This document shows, one piece after another, positions 11,472 through 21,473 of a DNA stretch of 64,000 nt. The DNA lies in NCBI GenBank assembly GCA_963807635.1, contig CAWEDJ010000073.1, positions 1 to 64,000 on the forward strand. The letters run 5' to 3'. The translations under genes and the position numbers were made by a program. Source of the stretch: an uncultured cyanobacterium (GTDB lineage: Bacteria > Cyanobacteriota > Cyanobacteriia > Cyanobacteriales > Microcystaceae). Numbering within the stretch: position 1 is the stretch's first letter; each line of letters starts with the position of its first letter. The notes under the pieces were generated by a model. That model did no database searches and was not told the origin of the DNA. It was given only the letters and a program-made list of their open reading frames with translations.

Positions 11472-14400
11472 ATGGAAAACCTAACAGATAATCAAAACAC
11501 CATAGACTTTAAGTATAGTCAAGGGGTTCAGCAGGGTGATAATAACGTCCAAATGAATACCTTTAAGGGAGTTCAGCATGGCGATCATAATACCTAAACG
11601 AATATCTTTTTTGGGGATGATCCTGAAGAGGAAAAACTTAGTGCAACTCTCAATTAAATTTCGCCCTATCTAGGATTAGCCCCGTTTACAGCCAGTAACG
11701 CCAAGGTTTTCTATGGACGAAAAAACTTAATTAATAGTTTATCGAAAGAATTAGAAAAAGATTGTCTAATTTTTCTCTTAGGGGCTTCGGGTAGTGGGAA
11801 ATCTTCAGTGGTTCAGGCGGGCTTAATCCCCAAATTATCTGCTAATTACAAAAGTAATTTTGTTAGCTTTAGCCTAGTTCCTAACAAAAATCCTTTTTTC
11901 TCTTTTCATCCTAAGTTTTCCGATTTTAATTATTCTGAAGAAACTGGTGAAGAAATAGTAGCAAAACCTGATAAAAATCAAGAAAATTATAAACAGACTG
12001 CGGTAGAATATCTAGAAAAAGTTGTCACAACACTGAAGACAAATCCAGAATCTTATTGGTTAATTGTCATTGATCAGTTTGAAGAAATTTTGACGAGAAC
12101 TGAAGCTGAGGAGAGGTTTTTATTTATTCAGTCTTTGGGTAATTTAATTAGTTATCTCAGAAGGTCTGACAATAAATTGGTTAAGGTAATCTTGACTATG
12201 AGGATTGACTTTTTAGACTCTTTTATGCAAGAGTTTCCTGATTTTGTAAATATAATAAACAGCGATGAGAAAAAGCCTTTTAGTTATATTACTCCAATGA
12301 CGGATCGAGAATTGAAGTTAGTCATTAAAAATCCTGCGGCGACTCATGGGGTGCATGTTGATCTAGATTTGATCGAAGAAATTATTAATGATTTTCGGGG
12401 AGAAGCTCGATCTTTACCTTTGTTGCAATATACCTTAGATTTATTGTGGCAGAAGGATGATTTATCGGATAAGCTACTGAATAAAGAAACCTATGAAGGT
12501 TTGGGGAAAGTTGGGGGAGCTTTGCAACAACAGGCCGAAAAAATTTATCAAGATTTTAAAGCTAAGGAGCAAGGAAAACTAGTTGAAGATATTTTTATTC
12601 AGTTAGTTACTATTACGGCGGATGGGACGAGAGTTAGCAAACGAGAAAGTAAGTCTAAATTTACAGGAGAAACAGGAAAAGTTGTTGATGAATTAGTTAA
12701 AAAACATCGTCTCTTAGTTGCTGGTCGTCAGGAAGGCATGGTAGAAATTGCCCATGAAGCTTTAATTGGATCATGGCAAACGTTACAGGACTGGATTACT
12801 AAATATGAAAAGGAACTGATTTTAGAGAGACAATTAAAAGAAGCGGCTCAATCCTGGAAAAAAGATAAAGCGGATGAGAAAAAAACAATTAGTGAGCTTT
12901 GGACTGGCCCTAAGTTGATGCAAGTAAAAGAGGTATTACGGGCAAAATTGGTGACTAAATCAGAGGAGGCTTTAAGGGCTTATTACGGGGATGTAACGGC
13001 TGATTTTATTAAAGAAAGTTGGAAAGAGCATCAACGACGCAAAAAAGCTGAAGCCAAACGTAAACAACGGGAAATTGAATCTGATCTGAGTTTGGCTAAT
13101 TCTCTGGGGCGTTATGCTTTGTCTATCTTTAAACCAGATCGTTCCTTCAATGCCTTAATTGAAGCGATTAAGGCGGGAAAAATTCTCCAGGAACACAACG
13201 CCAAGGATTTGGCAGTGGTTTCAGCCTTGCATAAATCTCTAACTCAAGGAATGGAACGCAATCGGTTAGTAGGACATGAAAATGCTGTTTTGAGCGTGAG
13301 TTTTAGTCCCGACGGTCAGACCGTAGCTAGTGCTAGTGCGGACAAGACAATCAAACTGTGGAAGGTAGAGACGGGGAAAGAACTCCTCACCCTCACGGGA
13401 CATGATAGTTCTGTCCGTAGCGTGAGTTTTAGTCCCGACGGTCAGACCGTAGCTAGTGCCAGTAACGACAGCACAATCAAACTATGGAAGGTAGAGACGA
13501 GGGAAGAACTTCTCACCCTCACGGGAGAAGATGGTGGTTTTAGCGTGAGTTTTAGTCCCGACGGTCAGACCGTAGCTAGTGCTAGTGCGGACAAGACAAT
13601 CAAACTGTGGAAGGTAGAGACAGGGGAAGAACTCCTCACACTCAAGGGACATGAAGATTTTGTCTATAGCGTGAGTTTTAGCCCCGACGGTCAGACCTTA
13701 GCTAGTGGCAGTGGCGACGGCACAATCAAACTATGGAAGGTAGAGACGGGGAAAGAATTCCTTACCCTCACGGGAGAAGCTGGTGTTGCTAGCGTGAGTT
13801 TTAGTCCCGACGGTCAGACCTTAGCTAGTGCTAGTGCGGACAAGACAATCAAACTGTGGAAGGTAGAGACAGGGGAAGAACTCCTCACACTCAAGGGACA
13901 TGAAGATTTTGTCTATAGCGTGAGTTTTAGCCCCGACGGTCAGACCTTAGCCAGTGCCAGTAATGATAGCACAATCAAACTGTGGAAAGTAGAGACGGGG
14001 GAAGAACTCCTCACACTCACGGGACATGAAAATAGTGTCTATAGCGTAATTTTTAGTCTCGACGGTCAGACCTTAGCCAGTGCTAGTGAGGATAGAACAA
14101 TCAAACTGTGGAAAGTAGAGACGGGTACCCTCACCCTCACGGGACATAGATATCATGTCAATAGCGTGGGTTTTAGTCCCGACGGCAAGACCCTCGCTAG
14201 TGGCAGTTCGGACAACACAATCAAACTGTGGAAGGTAGAGACAGGGGAAGAACGCTTCACCCTCACGGGACAGGACTGCCCTGTCTTGAGCGTGAGTTTT
14301 AGTCCCGACAGTCAGACCTTAGCCAGTGTCGGTAATAACAGAACAATCAAACTGTGGAAAGTAGAGACAGGGGAAGAACTCCTCACCCTCACCCTCACGG

Positions 14401-15116
14401 GACATCGTATTCCTGTCAATACTGTGAGTTTTAGTCCCGACAGTCAGACCTTAGCCAGCGTCAGTGAAGACGAGACGATCAAACTGTGGAAGGTAGAGAC
14501 GGGGGAAGAACCCCTCACCCTCACGGGACATGACAGTCTTGTTAATGGTGTGAGTTTTAGTCCCGACAGTCAGACCTTAGCTAGTGCTAGTGATGACAGA
14601 ACAATTAAACTGTGGAATGTGGAGACAGGAGAAGAACTCCTCACCCTCACGGGACATGAAAATAGTGTCAATAGCGTGAGTTTTAGTCCCGACGGTCAGA
14701 CCTTAGCCAGTGCCAGTGCCGACAACACAATCAAACTGTGGAAGGTAGAGACAGGGGAAGAACTCCTCACCCTCACGAGACATGACAGTCCTATCAAGAG
14801 CGTGAGTTTTAGTCCCGACGGTCAGACCTTAGCCAGTACCAGTGAGGACAGCACAATTAAACTGTGGAAGGTAGAGACAGGGGAAGAACTCCTCACCCTC
14901 ACGGGACATGAAGATTTTGTCTATAGCGTGAGTTTCAGTCCCGACAGTCAGACCTTAGCCAGTGCCAGTGCTGACAACACAATCAAACTGTGGGATTTAA
15001 ATTTAGATTCTTTAATGGCGAAGAGTTGTGATTGGGTACGCGGTTATTTAACCAATAATCCCAAGGTCAGCGAAAGCGACAGACACCTCTGCGATGGCAT
15101 TGGCACTAAACAATAA
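11472..15116 (+). pseudogene. NLR-like receptor: tandem amyloid motif + nSTAND1-type NTPase + 14 WD40 repeats; two in-frame TAA (11595, 11655)
   Basis: ATG 11472 with AAGGAG RBS is in frame with ORF 11808; the upstream part encodes SPYLGLAPF...FYGR and Walker A GASGSGKSS; Walker B LIVIDQFEE, LPLLQYTL and EIAHEALI follow. Confidence 0.8.
13258..14997 (+). repeat. 14 highly similar ~126-bp WD40-coding tandem repeats
   Basis: Recurrent GTGAGTTTTAGTCCCGAC...ACAATCAAACTGTGGAAGGTAGAGAC; 14 TIKLW motifs counted. Confidence 0.9.
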
Positions 15117-15154
15117 TTCTCCCCACTTTTTAAGGGGGGCTGGGGGGGATCAAA
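15116..15154. repeat. left arm of 39-bp inverted repeat flanking the DUF559 gene
   Basis: ATTCTCCCCACTTTTTAAGGGGGGCTGGGGGGGATCAAA; 38/39 match to the reverse complement of 15530-15568. Confidence 0.85.
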
Positions 15155-15513
15155 CCTCCAATCGCCTCACAAACACTCTCAAAATTTTCTAACACTTGCT
15201 GATTGGTAAATCGGATAACCTTAAGCCCATAGCTGACTAATCTTTGACTTCTTTCTTGAGCATAATCTTGGCCCTGTTCAGTATAGTGACTGTCCCCATC
15301 TATTTCAATCACGAGTTTAAGCGTTGGACAATAAAAATCAACAATAAAGTGATCAATCGGTCTTTGTCGGAAGACTCTACATTCAAAAGTTCTGAGATAT
15401 TGATGCCACAGTTTTCTTTCGGCGGCAGTCATGTTTTTTCGCAGTTCTTTGGCTCTGGGGATGAGGGCGCGATCGTAGGGTAGATGAAAGTCGCTGTCGT
15501 TGAGGTGTTGCAT
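15130..15513 (-). CDS. DUF559 (Vsr-like) endonuclease-domain protein
   Basis: RAKELRKNMTAAERKLW...FRQRPIDHFIVDFYCP.LKLVIEIDGDSH...GLKVIRFTN. Confidence 0.9.
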   Translation of the reverse strand: MQHLNDSDFHLPYDRALIPRAKELRKNMTAAERKLWHQYLRTFECRVFRQRPIDHFIVDFYCPTLKLVIEIDGDSHYTEQGQDYAQERSQRLVSYGLKVIRFTNQQVLENFESVCEAIGGLIPPSPP

Positions 15514-15529
15514 GATTAATTCCTATGGC

Positions 15530-15568
15530 TTTGATCCCCCCCAGCCCCCCTTAAAAAGGGGGGAGAAT
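15530..15568. repeat. right arm of 39-bp inverted repeat flanking the DUF559 gene
   Basis: TTTGATCCCCCCCAGCCCCCCTTAAAAAGGGGGGAGAAT, with an internal hairpin. Confidence 0.85.
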
Positions 15569-15621
15569 GATAGATGGCGATCGCTTTTTAAAATGGGGAA
15601 GAATTGGAGAGCGATCGCAGA

Positions 15622-15987
15622 TTAAGAAATCGGAAGCCAACCAAAAAGTTTAGCCGCACCCGCGATCAGAGCCACAATCAGAGCCGCTAGAATACCTCTA
15701 TTGAGAAATTCTTGATTTTCCAGACGTTTACCGATACCTGTTACTTTCTCGTCAAGGGTTTTAACCTGTCCTGAGAGTTTTTCATCAAGCGTTTTAACTT
15801 GTCCTGAAAATTTTTCATCAAGAGCTTTAACTTGTCCTGAAAGTTTTTCATCAAGAGCTTTAATCTCTCCCTTGATTTCTACCTGGGATACTTTGAGGTC
15901 GGTTAAGTCGTCTCGAATATCCTTAAGGTCTTTCTGGATACTGACTAAAATATCTTCTAGCTTAATTTCAACGGTAGGGTTCGGCAT
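15622..15987 (-). CDS. small coiled-coil protein with 11-aa repeats and C-terminal TM anchor
   Basis: K(A/T)LDEK(L/F)SGQV repeated about 4 times (33-bp tandem repeat); hydrophobic C-terminus. Confidence 0.75.
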   Translation of the reverse strand: MPNPTVEIKLEDILVSIQKDLKDIRDDLTDLKVSQVEIKGEIKALDEKLSGQVKALDEKFSGQVKTLDEKLSGQVKTLDEKVTGIGKRLENQEFLNRGILAALIVALIAGAAKLFGWLPIS

Positions 15988-16256
15988 AGGTTAAGCTTTC
16001 GTTGGATTTGTGAATAGATGAGGAGAAGTTAGCCGCTTGTCTCTTTATGCTTTCTAGGATAACGGATTATTTAGACGCGATCGCTTTTAAACAATGAAGA
16101 AAATAGAGATAGGAAACGCTTTTCCCTAGCCCAATTGGGTGATGAGTAAAACGCGATCGCCGAATTTTATTCAAACGTCCCCAGTAAGAACAGCAACTCT
16201 TAGAAAAATTATTAGACACCGAAACTTAAATTATCCCAAAGCCAAAAATTAATATA

Positions 16257-16775
16257 TCACTCCGTTTTTTTAAAATTTCCCACCTTAACCCAGCCTTCCT
16301 GTCCTCCATCTACCGATCGCACCTTTGCCCAAACCCCATCCGCACTGGTTTCGAGAATAATCAACTCCTGATCATAGTCCACCCCACTGACCCGCTCCGA
16401 GTCCTTACTAGGATTAGACCGTAAACTCAGCCCTCCCGACCAAGTAACCTTTGCTTTATAGGCTCCCTTCGGCAAATCTTCCTTAGCTTCAGGCGATGGA
16501 GAAGGAGACGGACTCACTTCAGGAGAGGGGGATTCAGTAGCCGCCTTGGGACTAGGGGAAACTTCGGGTTTAGCCGCAGATTTGTCAGAGGCTTTTTTAT
16601 CAGGAGTCGTTGCTTTGACTTTAGATTTATTTTCTTCAGAAAAAACAGGTTTATTCGGAGTCGCCGCCAAACGGGAAAACATCAAATAGCCAAGGGCTGA
16701 GGTTAAACCGACTAAAATCGTGATTCCCAGAAAAAAACCTAAAATAAATTGTAATAAACCAGAAAAACGTTTCAT
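16257..16775 (-). CDS. SH3-domain membrane-anchored protein
   Basis: N-terminal TM, Pro/Ser linker, GLSLRSNPS...W...EGWVK. Confidence 0.8.
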   Translation of the reverse strand: MKRFSGLLQFILGFFLGITILVGLTSALGYLMFSRLAATPNKPVFSEENKSKVKATTPDKKASDKSAAKPEVSPSPKAATESPSPEVSPSPSPSPEAKEDLPKGAYKAKVTWSGGLSLRSNPSKDSERVSGVDYDQELIILETSADGVWAKVRSVDGGQEGWVKVGNFKKTE

Positions 16776-16805
16776 ATTTTTTTAATTAAGAATGATAGAA
16801 AAAAA

Positions 16806-18317
16806 TTAACTGAGTGAGTTTTGAATCCTTCCAAAACGACTATCACGGGATGCCAATCGAGCTTTACCCGCAGCCGCCCAGTCTTGTAAAAATTGAATTT
16901 GTTCTTGTGCTGTGCGTGCTAGAGGAATGATTTGACTAGCGGCTTCTAGGATGTCATCGGTGAAAAAATCCCGATTTTGACTAAACCCAATGTGCATTGC
17001 TTCGATTAAAGTCTGCTCTATTTCTGCCCCTGAAAAATCAGGCGTTTCGTAGGCAAGACGTTTAATATCATAATCTTTAATATTATGCAAACGTAATCGA
17101 GATAAATGGACGTTAAAAATGGCTTCTCGTTCCTCCTGGGAGGGTAAACCGACAAAGAATATTTCGTCGAAACGACCTTTTCGGAGCATTTCTGGCGGTA
17201 AAGCCTGAATATTATTGGCAGTTGCCACCACAAACACAGGAGTCGTTTTTTCGGCTAACCAGTTAATAAAGGTTCCAAAAACCCGACTAGTAGTTCCTCC
17301 GTCCCCTTTTCCCTCGATTCCTGCAAAGGCTTTGTCAATTTCATCAATCCAGAGAACACAGGGAGCCAAGGCTTCGGCTAGACTAATCATTTGTCGTGTG
17401 CGAGATTCCGATTCTCCCACTAATCCTGCAAACAATCGCCCCACATCTAAACGCAATAGGGGTAAGTGCCAGTGGTGAGAAATAGCTTTGGCGGTCAGAG
17501 ATTTACCTGTTCCCTGAATACCGACTAAGAGAAGTCCGCGTGGATGGGGTAAACCGTAGGCCCTTGCTTTTTCGCTAAAGGCACTGCCTCGACGCAATAA
17601 CCAGTCTTTAAGATTATCCAAACCCCCAATATCGGTGATTTGTTCCGTCGCAGGGTGAAAATCTAAAATTTGGGTCTGGCGGATGGATTGGCGTTTTTCT
17701 TCGAGAATCAGCTCTACGTCTTCGGGTTCAATTTGTCCATGACTGGCGAGGCAACGGGTGAGGACGCGGCGAATTCGTTCTAAAGATAATCCCTGGGCCG
17801 ATCGCGTGAGTTCGTCTAATAATTTATTGTCGAGAGATTGACCCATTGAGGCGATCAGTCGTTGAATTTCAGTTTTAATTTCGTTACCACTAGGCAGGGG
17901 AAAGTCAACAACGGTCAGGACTTCGGTTAATTCGGTCGGGATTTGGAGATGGGGCGCGATAATAATCAGATTTTTGGGTTGGGATTTAAGCTTGCGGGCT
18001 AGATTTCGCAGTTTACGGGAAACAGATACATCTTCCAAGAAACGGTGAAAGTCCCGCAAAATGAAGACTCCACCGACTTTATCAGGCAGTTTTTCGATAA
18101 ATTCTAGGGCTTGTAAGGGGTTACGTTTACCGACATTTTCGTTGTTGGGGTTATCCTGATAGCCTTCGACAAAATCCCAGAGATAGACAGCCCGATCGCC
18201 TAATCGTTTGGCACAGTCTGCGATCGCCCTTTCAACCCGTTCTTCTTCGGGGGTAGGGATATAAATCAGGGGATAACAGGCTCTCAGGAGTAATTCAAAC
18301 TCGCTACTAAAACTCAT
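16806..18317 (-). CDS. ycf46: Ycf46-family AAA ATPase
   Basis: YPLIYI...EEERVE, GIQGTGKS, WIDEIDK, LRKGRFDEIFF; likely start MSFSSEF. Confidence 0.85.
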   Translation of the reverse strand: MSFSSEFELLLRACYPLIYIPTPEEERVERAIADCAKRLGDRAVYLWDFVEGYQDNPNNENVGKRNPLQALEFIEKLPDKVGGVFILRDFHRFLEDVSVSRKLRNLARKLKSQPKNLIIIAPHLQIPTELTEVLTVVDFPLPSGNEIKTEIQRLIASMGQSLDNKLLDELTRSAQGLSLERIRRVLTRCLASHGQIEPEDVELILEEKRQSIRQTQILDFHPATEQITDIGGLDNLKDWLLRRGSAFSEKARAYGLPHPRGLLLVGIQGTGKSLTAKAISHHWHLPLLRLDVGRLFAGLVGESESRTRQMISLAEALAPCVLWIDEIDKAFAGIEGKGDGGTTSRVFGTFINWLAEKTTPVFVVATANNIQALPPEMLRKGRFDEIFFVGLPSQEEREAIFNVHLSRLRLHNIKDYDIKRLAYETPDFSGAEIEQTLIEAMHIGFSQNRDFFTDDILEAASQIIPLARTAQEQIQFLQDWAAAGKARLASRDSRFGRIQNSLS

Positions 18318-18613
18318 TTGTTCAGGGGAAATGCGGCTCTTTCTAGGGTACAACAGATGGAGAAAGTCCTGGTTTCTTTCAATAATGATTAATGATTTGG
18401 GGCAGAGGAAAAGATTTTTTGCTCATAACCTAAAGAGCCATAGGGGTGATCGCGAACAGGCTTCCATGTTAGATGATATTTATTCCCTTTATTTCGATGT
18501 AGAAGTCATAAAGAGAATGGCTGAAACCCTTGAAACGACACGTTTTTTGGGACTGACATCCCTTATGTCTCGACCTATTCTAAAGATAGCAAGAGAAAAG
18601 GAGAGCAAACACC

Positions 18614-18820
18614 ATGTTATCAACCACCACCACAACCCCTACAACCCAAGTTATCCGCAACTACGCGATCGCCGCCGTTTCCGTCATGCTTCTCAGCCTT
18701 GGCATTGGTGAACTCGTCAATAACCCCAGCCGCATCGCCCAACAAAACAAATTAGACGGCTACGGTTATTACGTCAGTGCAGGTTTGGTGAACTACGCCC
18801 AGTCTTCCTTAAAACCATAG
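18614..18820 (+). CDS. small single-TM hypothetical protein
   Basis: AAGGAG RBS, hydrophobic segment, downstream terminator-like hairpin. Confidence 0.55.
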   Translation: MLSTTTTTPTTQVIRNYAIAAVSVMLLSLGIGELVNNPSRIAQQNKLDGYGYYVSAGLVNYAQSSLKP

Positions 18821-18852
18821 GGAAGTTGATAACGATTACCTCTTGCTTTAAT

Positions 18853-18877
18853 GCCCCGTCTTGTGCGGGGTTTTTTA
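18853..18877 (+). terminator. putative intrinsic terminator
   Basis: GCCCCG-TCTTGTG-CGGGGT hairpin followed by a T run. Confidence 0.55.
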
Positions 18878-18904
18878 TTGATAAAATACATAGGATTTCG
18901 CTAT

Positions 18905-19026
18905 TAAGTAGCTGGTTGCAATTAAACTGACAATAAGTTTCTGCGCTCGATCTCCCCTGCCCTCCTTGATAAGTGGGGTGTCCGTAGGACGGGGGGATCT
19001 TATAAATTTTAAGACCCATCTACTTA
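18905..19026. repeat. MITE-like family C (TAAGTAG...CTACTTA) with GC-rich palindromic core
   Basis: 7-bp terminal inverted repeat; the core GATCTCCCCTGCCCTCCTTGATAAGTGGGG...GGGGGGATC resembles the DUF559-flanking repeat. Confidence 0.6.
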
Positions 19027-19065
19027 GCCAAAATCTTCAAAATTTCTTCAATATAAACCCCATTT

Positions 19066-20061
19066 ATGAAAATCTTTTTTTTCGGCACTCCCGAATTTGC
19101 TGTTCCGACCCTAGAAAAATTATTAAATAATCCCAATTTTGAAATCCTGGGCATCATCACCCAACCTGATAAAAGACGGGGACGGGGCAATCAATTAACG
19201 CCTTCTGCTGTCAAACAAGTTGCCTTAGCCAACAATCTCCCCATCTGGCAACCCAAGCGACTCAAGAAATCTCCTAAAACCCTAGAAATTCTCAAAAATT
19301 CGGGTGCAGATGCTTTTGTTGTGATAGCCTACGGTCAATTACTCTCTCCTGAAATTTTAGCCATGCCCAAATTAGGCTGTATTAATGTTCACGGTTCTAT
19401 TTTGCCCAAATATCGGGGTGCGGCTCCTCTGCAATGGAGTTTGGTTAATGGAGAAACGGAAACGGGCATTACGACGATGTTGATGGATGAAGGAATGGAT
19501 ACAGGCGCAATGTTATTAAAGGCTTATACTCCCATTCAACTATTGGATAATGTAGATCAAATTGCTAAAATTTTAGCCCAAAAAGGAGCCGATTTATTAA
19601 TCGAAACCCTAGAAAAATTAGCTAATCAAGAAGTTCAACCGATTCCCCAAAATCCCGACGAAGCAAGCCATGCTCCCCTCATTCAAAAAGCCGATTTTGC
19701 CATAGATTGGTCACGTTCTGCCTGGCAAATTCATAATCAAGTACGGGGCTTTTTTCCCCATTGTTTTACCCAATTTCGAGGACAAGCTTTAAAAGTTTTT
19801 GCCACTATTCCCCTCGGCGATCGCTATTGGCCCCAATTACCACCTGAATTTAAAAAACTAGAATCCCAGGCTCCTAATCTTGTTGGATTAACAGGGAAAT
19901 CAGGAGAAATCGTTAAAATCCTGAAAAACTTCGGCCCAGTGGTACAAACAGGAGATGGATTATTGTTATTAAAAGAGGTTCAATTAGCGGGAAAACCGCC
20001 GCGATCGGGTTGGGATTTTGTGAATGGAATGCGATTATCGGTAGGGGAAATGTTAGTTTAA
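19066..20061 (+). CDS. fmt: methionyl-tRNA formyltransferase
   Basis: [42 protein letters not shown]. Confidence 0.95.
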   Translation: MKIFFFGTPEFAVPTLEKLLNNPNFEILGIITQPDKRRGRGNQLTPSAVKQVALANNLPIWQPKRLKKSPKTLEILKNSGADAFVVIAYGQLLSPEILAMPKLGCINVHGSILPKYRGAAPLQWSLVNGETETGITTMLMDEGMDTGAMLLKAYTPIQLLDNVDQIAKILAQKGADLLIETLEKLANQEVQPIPQNPDEASHAPLIQKADFAIDWSRSAWQIHNQVRGFFPHCFTQFRGQALKVFATIPLGDRYWPQLPPEFKKLESQAPNLVGLTGKSGEIVKILKNFGPVVQTGDGLLLLKEVQLAGKPPRSGWDFVNGMRLSVGEMLV

Positions 20062-20298
20062 GGCTGAATTATTTCTATTTTAGTCAGCAAGATCAAAATA
20101 AAGACATAAAAATAGTCGCTCAATGTTGGATAAGTCGCGATCGCATTCTGAATACTTAACCATCACGGCGATCGCGTTTATCTTCAGTTTTTAAATGAAA
20201 AATAACCCCAATTTATTTAAAAAAATTAGGGTTGTAGAATTTTAAAAAGAGTTATTTACTCATTTTAAAGGGTGTTGTCGATAAAGACGAGTAAAATT

Positions 20299-20457
20299 TT
20301 AATCACTTTCATGAGAAGCGCAACTATAACAAAAGTCATCACCTGGAATTGGCGAATGATTACAGTCAAAGGCAAGGCAAGTTTTCGGATAGAATTTTAC
20401 CGAGACGCTTTGAACTTCTTTAAGACAGCTAGGACGCTTTTTTTTCATTTTATTCAT
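20299..20457 (-). CDS. putative 52-aa Cys-rich (zinc-finger-like) protein
   Basis: Manual translation MNKMKKKRPSCLKEVQSVSVKFYPKTCLAFDCNHSPIPGDDFCYSCASHESD; co-oriented with neighbouring small ORFs. Confidence 0.4.
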   Translation of the reverse strand: MNKMKKKRPSCLKEVQSVSVKFYPKTCLAFDCNHSPIPGDDFCYSCASHESD

Positions 20458-20599
20458 AATCGTTAATTAGGTAAGAAAATAAGGCAAGTTTAAGAAGAAT
20501 TTTTTTGTTGTTTAGATAGCTTTAGAAACTGACAATACTTATTAAATAATGAGTAAAAAGAGATAGGTTCTCATTTTATTCAAGGTAATTTTTAATGTT

Positions 20600-20848
20600 T
20601 TAAATATCTTCTATTTTAACCAGTTTGCTTTCTCCCCAGTTGCTAGAGAATATGCCCATTGTAGGTGGAGAAATAATACAGTTTCCTTGAGAGTCAAAGA
20701 CTACACCATCATTGTTATAAATGGTTACACGTCCATCAGAATCAACATTTTTAACTACATAAATCTTTGGGATTGGGCTACTTTTGTAACTTTTTTCAGG
20801 TTTGCCATTTTTGAGGAGTTTAACGCATTTATCGTATTTTTTAAGCAT
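20600..20848 (-). CDS. hypothetical protein
   Basis: 82-aa ORF with GAAAGG RBS-like sequence upstream. Confidence 0.5.
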   Translation of the reverse strand: MLKKYDKCVKLLKNGKPEKSYKSSPIPKIYVVKNVDSDGRVTIYNNDGVVFDSQGNCIISPPTMGIFSSNWGESKLVKIEDI

Positions 20849-20941
20849 TATTTTACCTTTCTATGTGTTTTTGGGATTCGTTATCTATACGGTTAAGGCT
20901 GGAGAAAAATTTGATTGAAATACTCCACAGTCGAACGGTGG

Positions 20942-21233
20942 TTAGTGAATTCGCTGTTTGGTTTCGTTATGCCAATAGGCGGTAATAATTTCGGGCGTGG
21001 GGAATTCTTGGGAACAGACGACTCGTAATCCCCGCAAGGCATCCATTACTTTGGCGTAGGGGGTATGGTTCAAACTGCGATCGGTTAGGGTATATCGCAA
21101 TGCGCCCTCACTATATTCTTTTCGTCCGTAGGTTAGAGCGATTTTTATCATGTCGTCATTGATCGCTCGTTGCTGTTTGCGTTGTTTGCTGTGTTTAGAT
21201 TCGTTTAGGGGCCAAGTTTTGAGATGTTGGCAT
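20942..21233 (-). CDS. DUF4258-like small protein, probable frameshift at ~21210
   Basis: In-frame extension upstream of ORF 21151 reads NESKHSKQRKQQRAINDDMIKIALTYG, matching the xSxHAxxRMxxRxI pattern. Confidence 0.5.
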
Positions 21234-21473
21234 CTTCTTGAACGATTTGATAGATTTGGGTTTGTTTGCTCATGTTATGAATCTCAAAAGTCGTTGTTGT
21301 TTTTGTCGATAATTTGAGAATAGTCCGAATTTTCCGAGAAAACCAGTGATAATACGTGAACTTAAGCCAGTCTTTAACAGCACTTATCTTCACTAAATTT
21401 CACTAAACAAGTTTTGTTTCTTTTGCTAGAGTTTGTTAAAGTTATGGATATATGAAATTCTCCTCAAATATCT

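Noticed and set aside
11808..11810. GTG start proposed by the ORF track for the WD40 protein
   Set aside because: It lies just downstream of Walker A; the frame extends to ATG 11472, which has an RBS.
13258..14997. Regularly spaced repeats resembling a CRISPR array or a DGR template/variable pair
   Set aside because: The units are ~126-bp in-frame WD40 codons without unique spacers; no cas or reverse transcriptase gene in the window.
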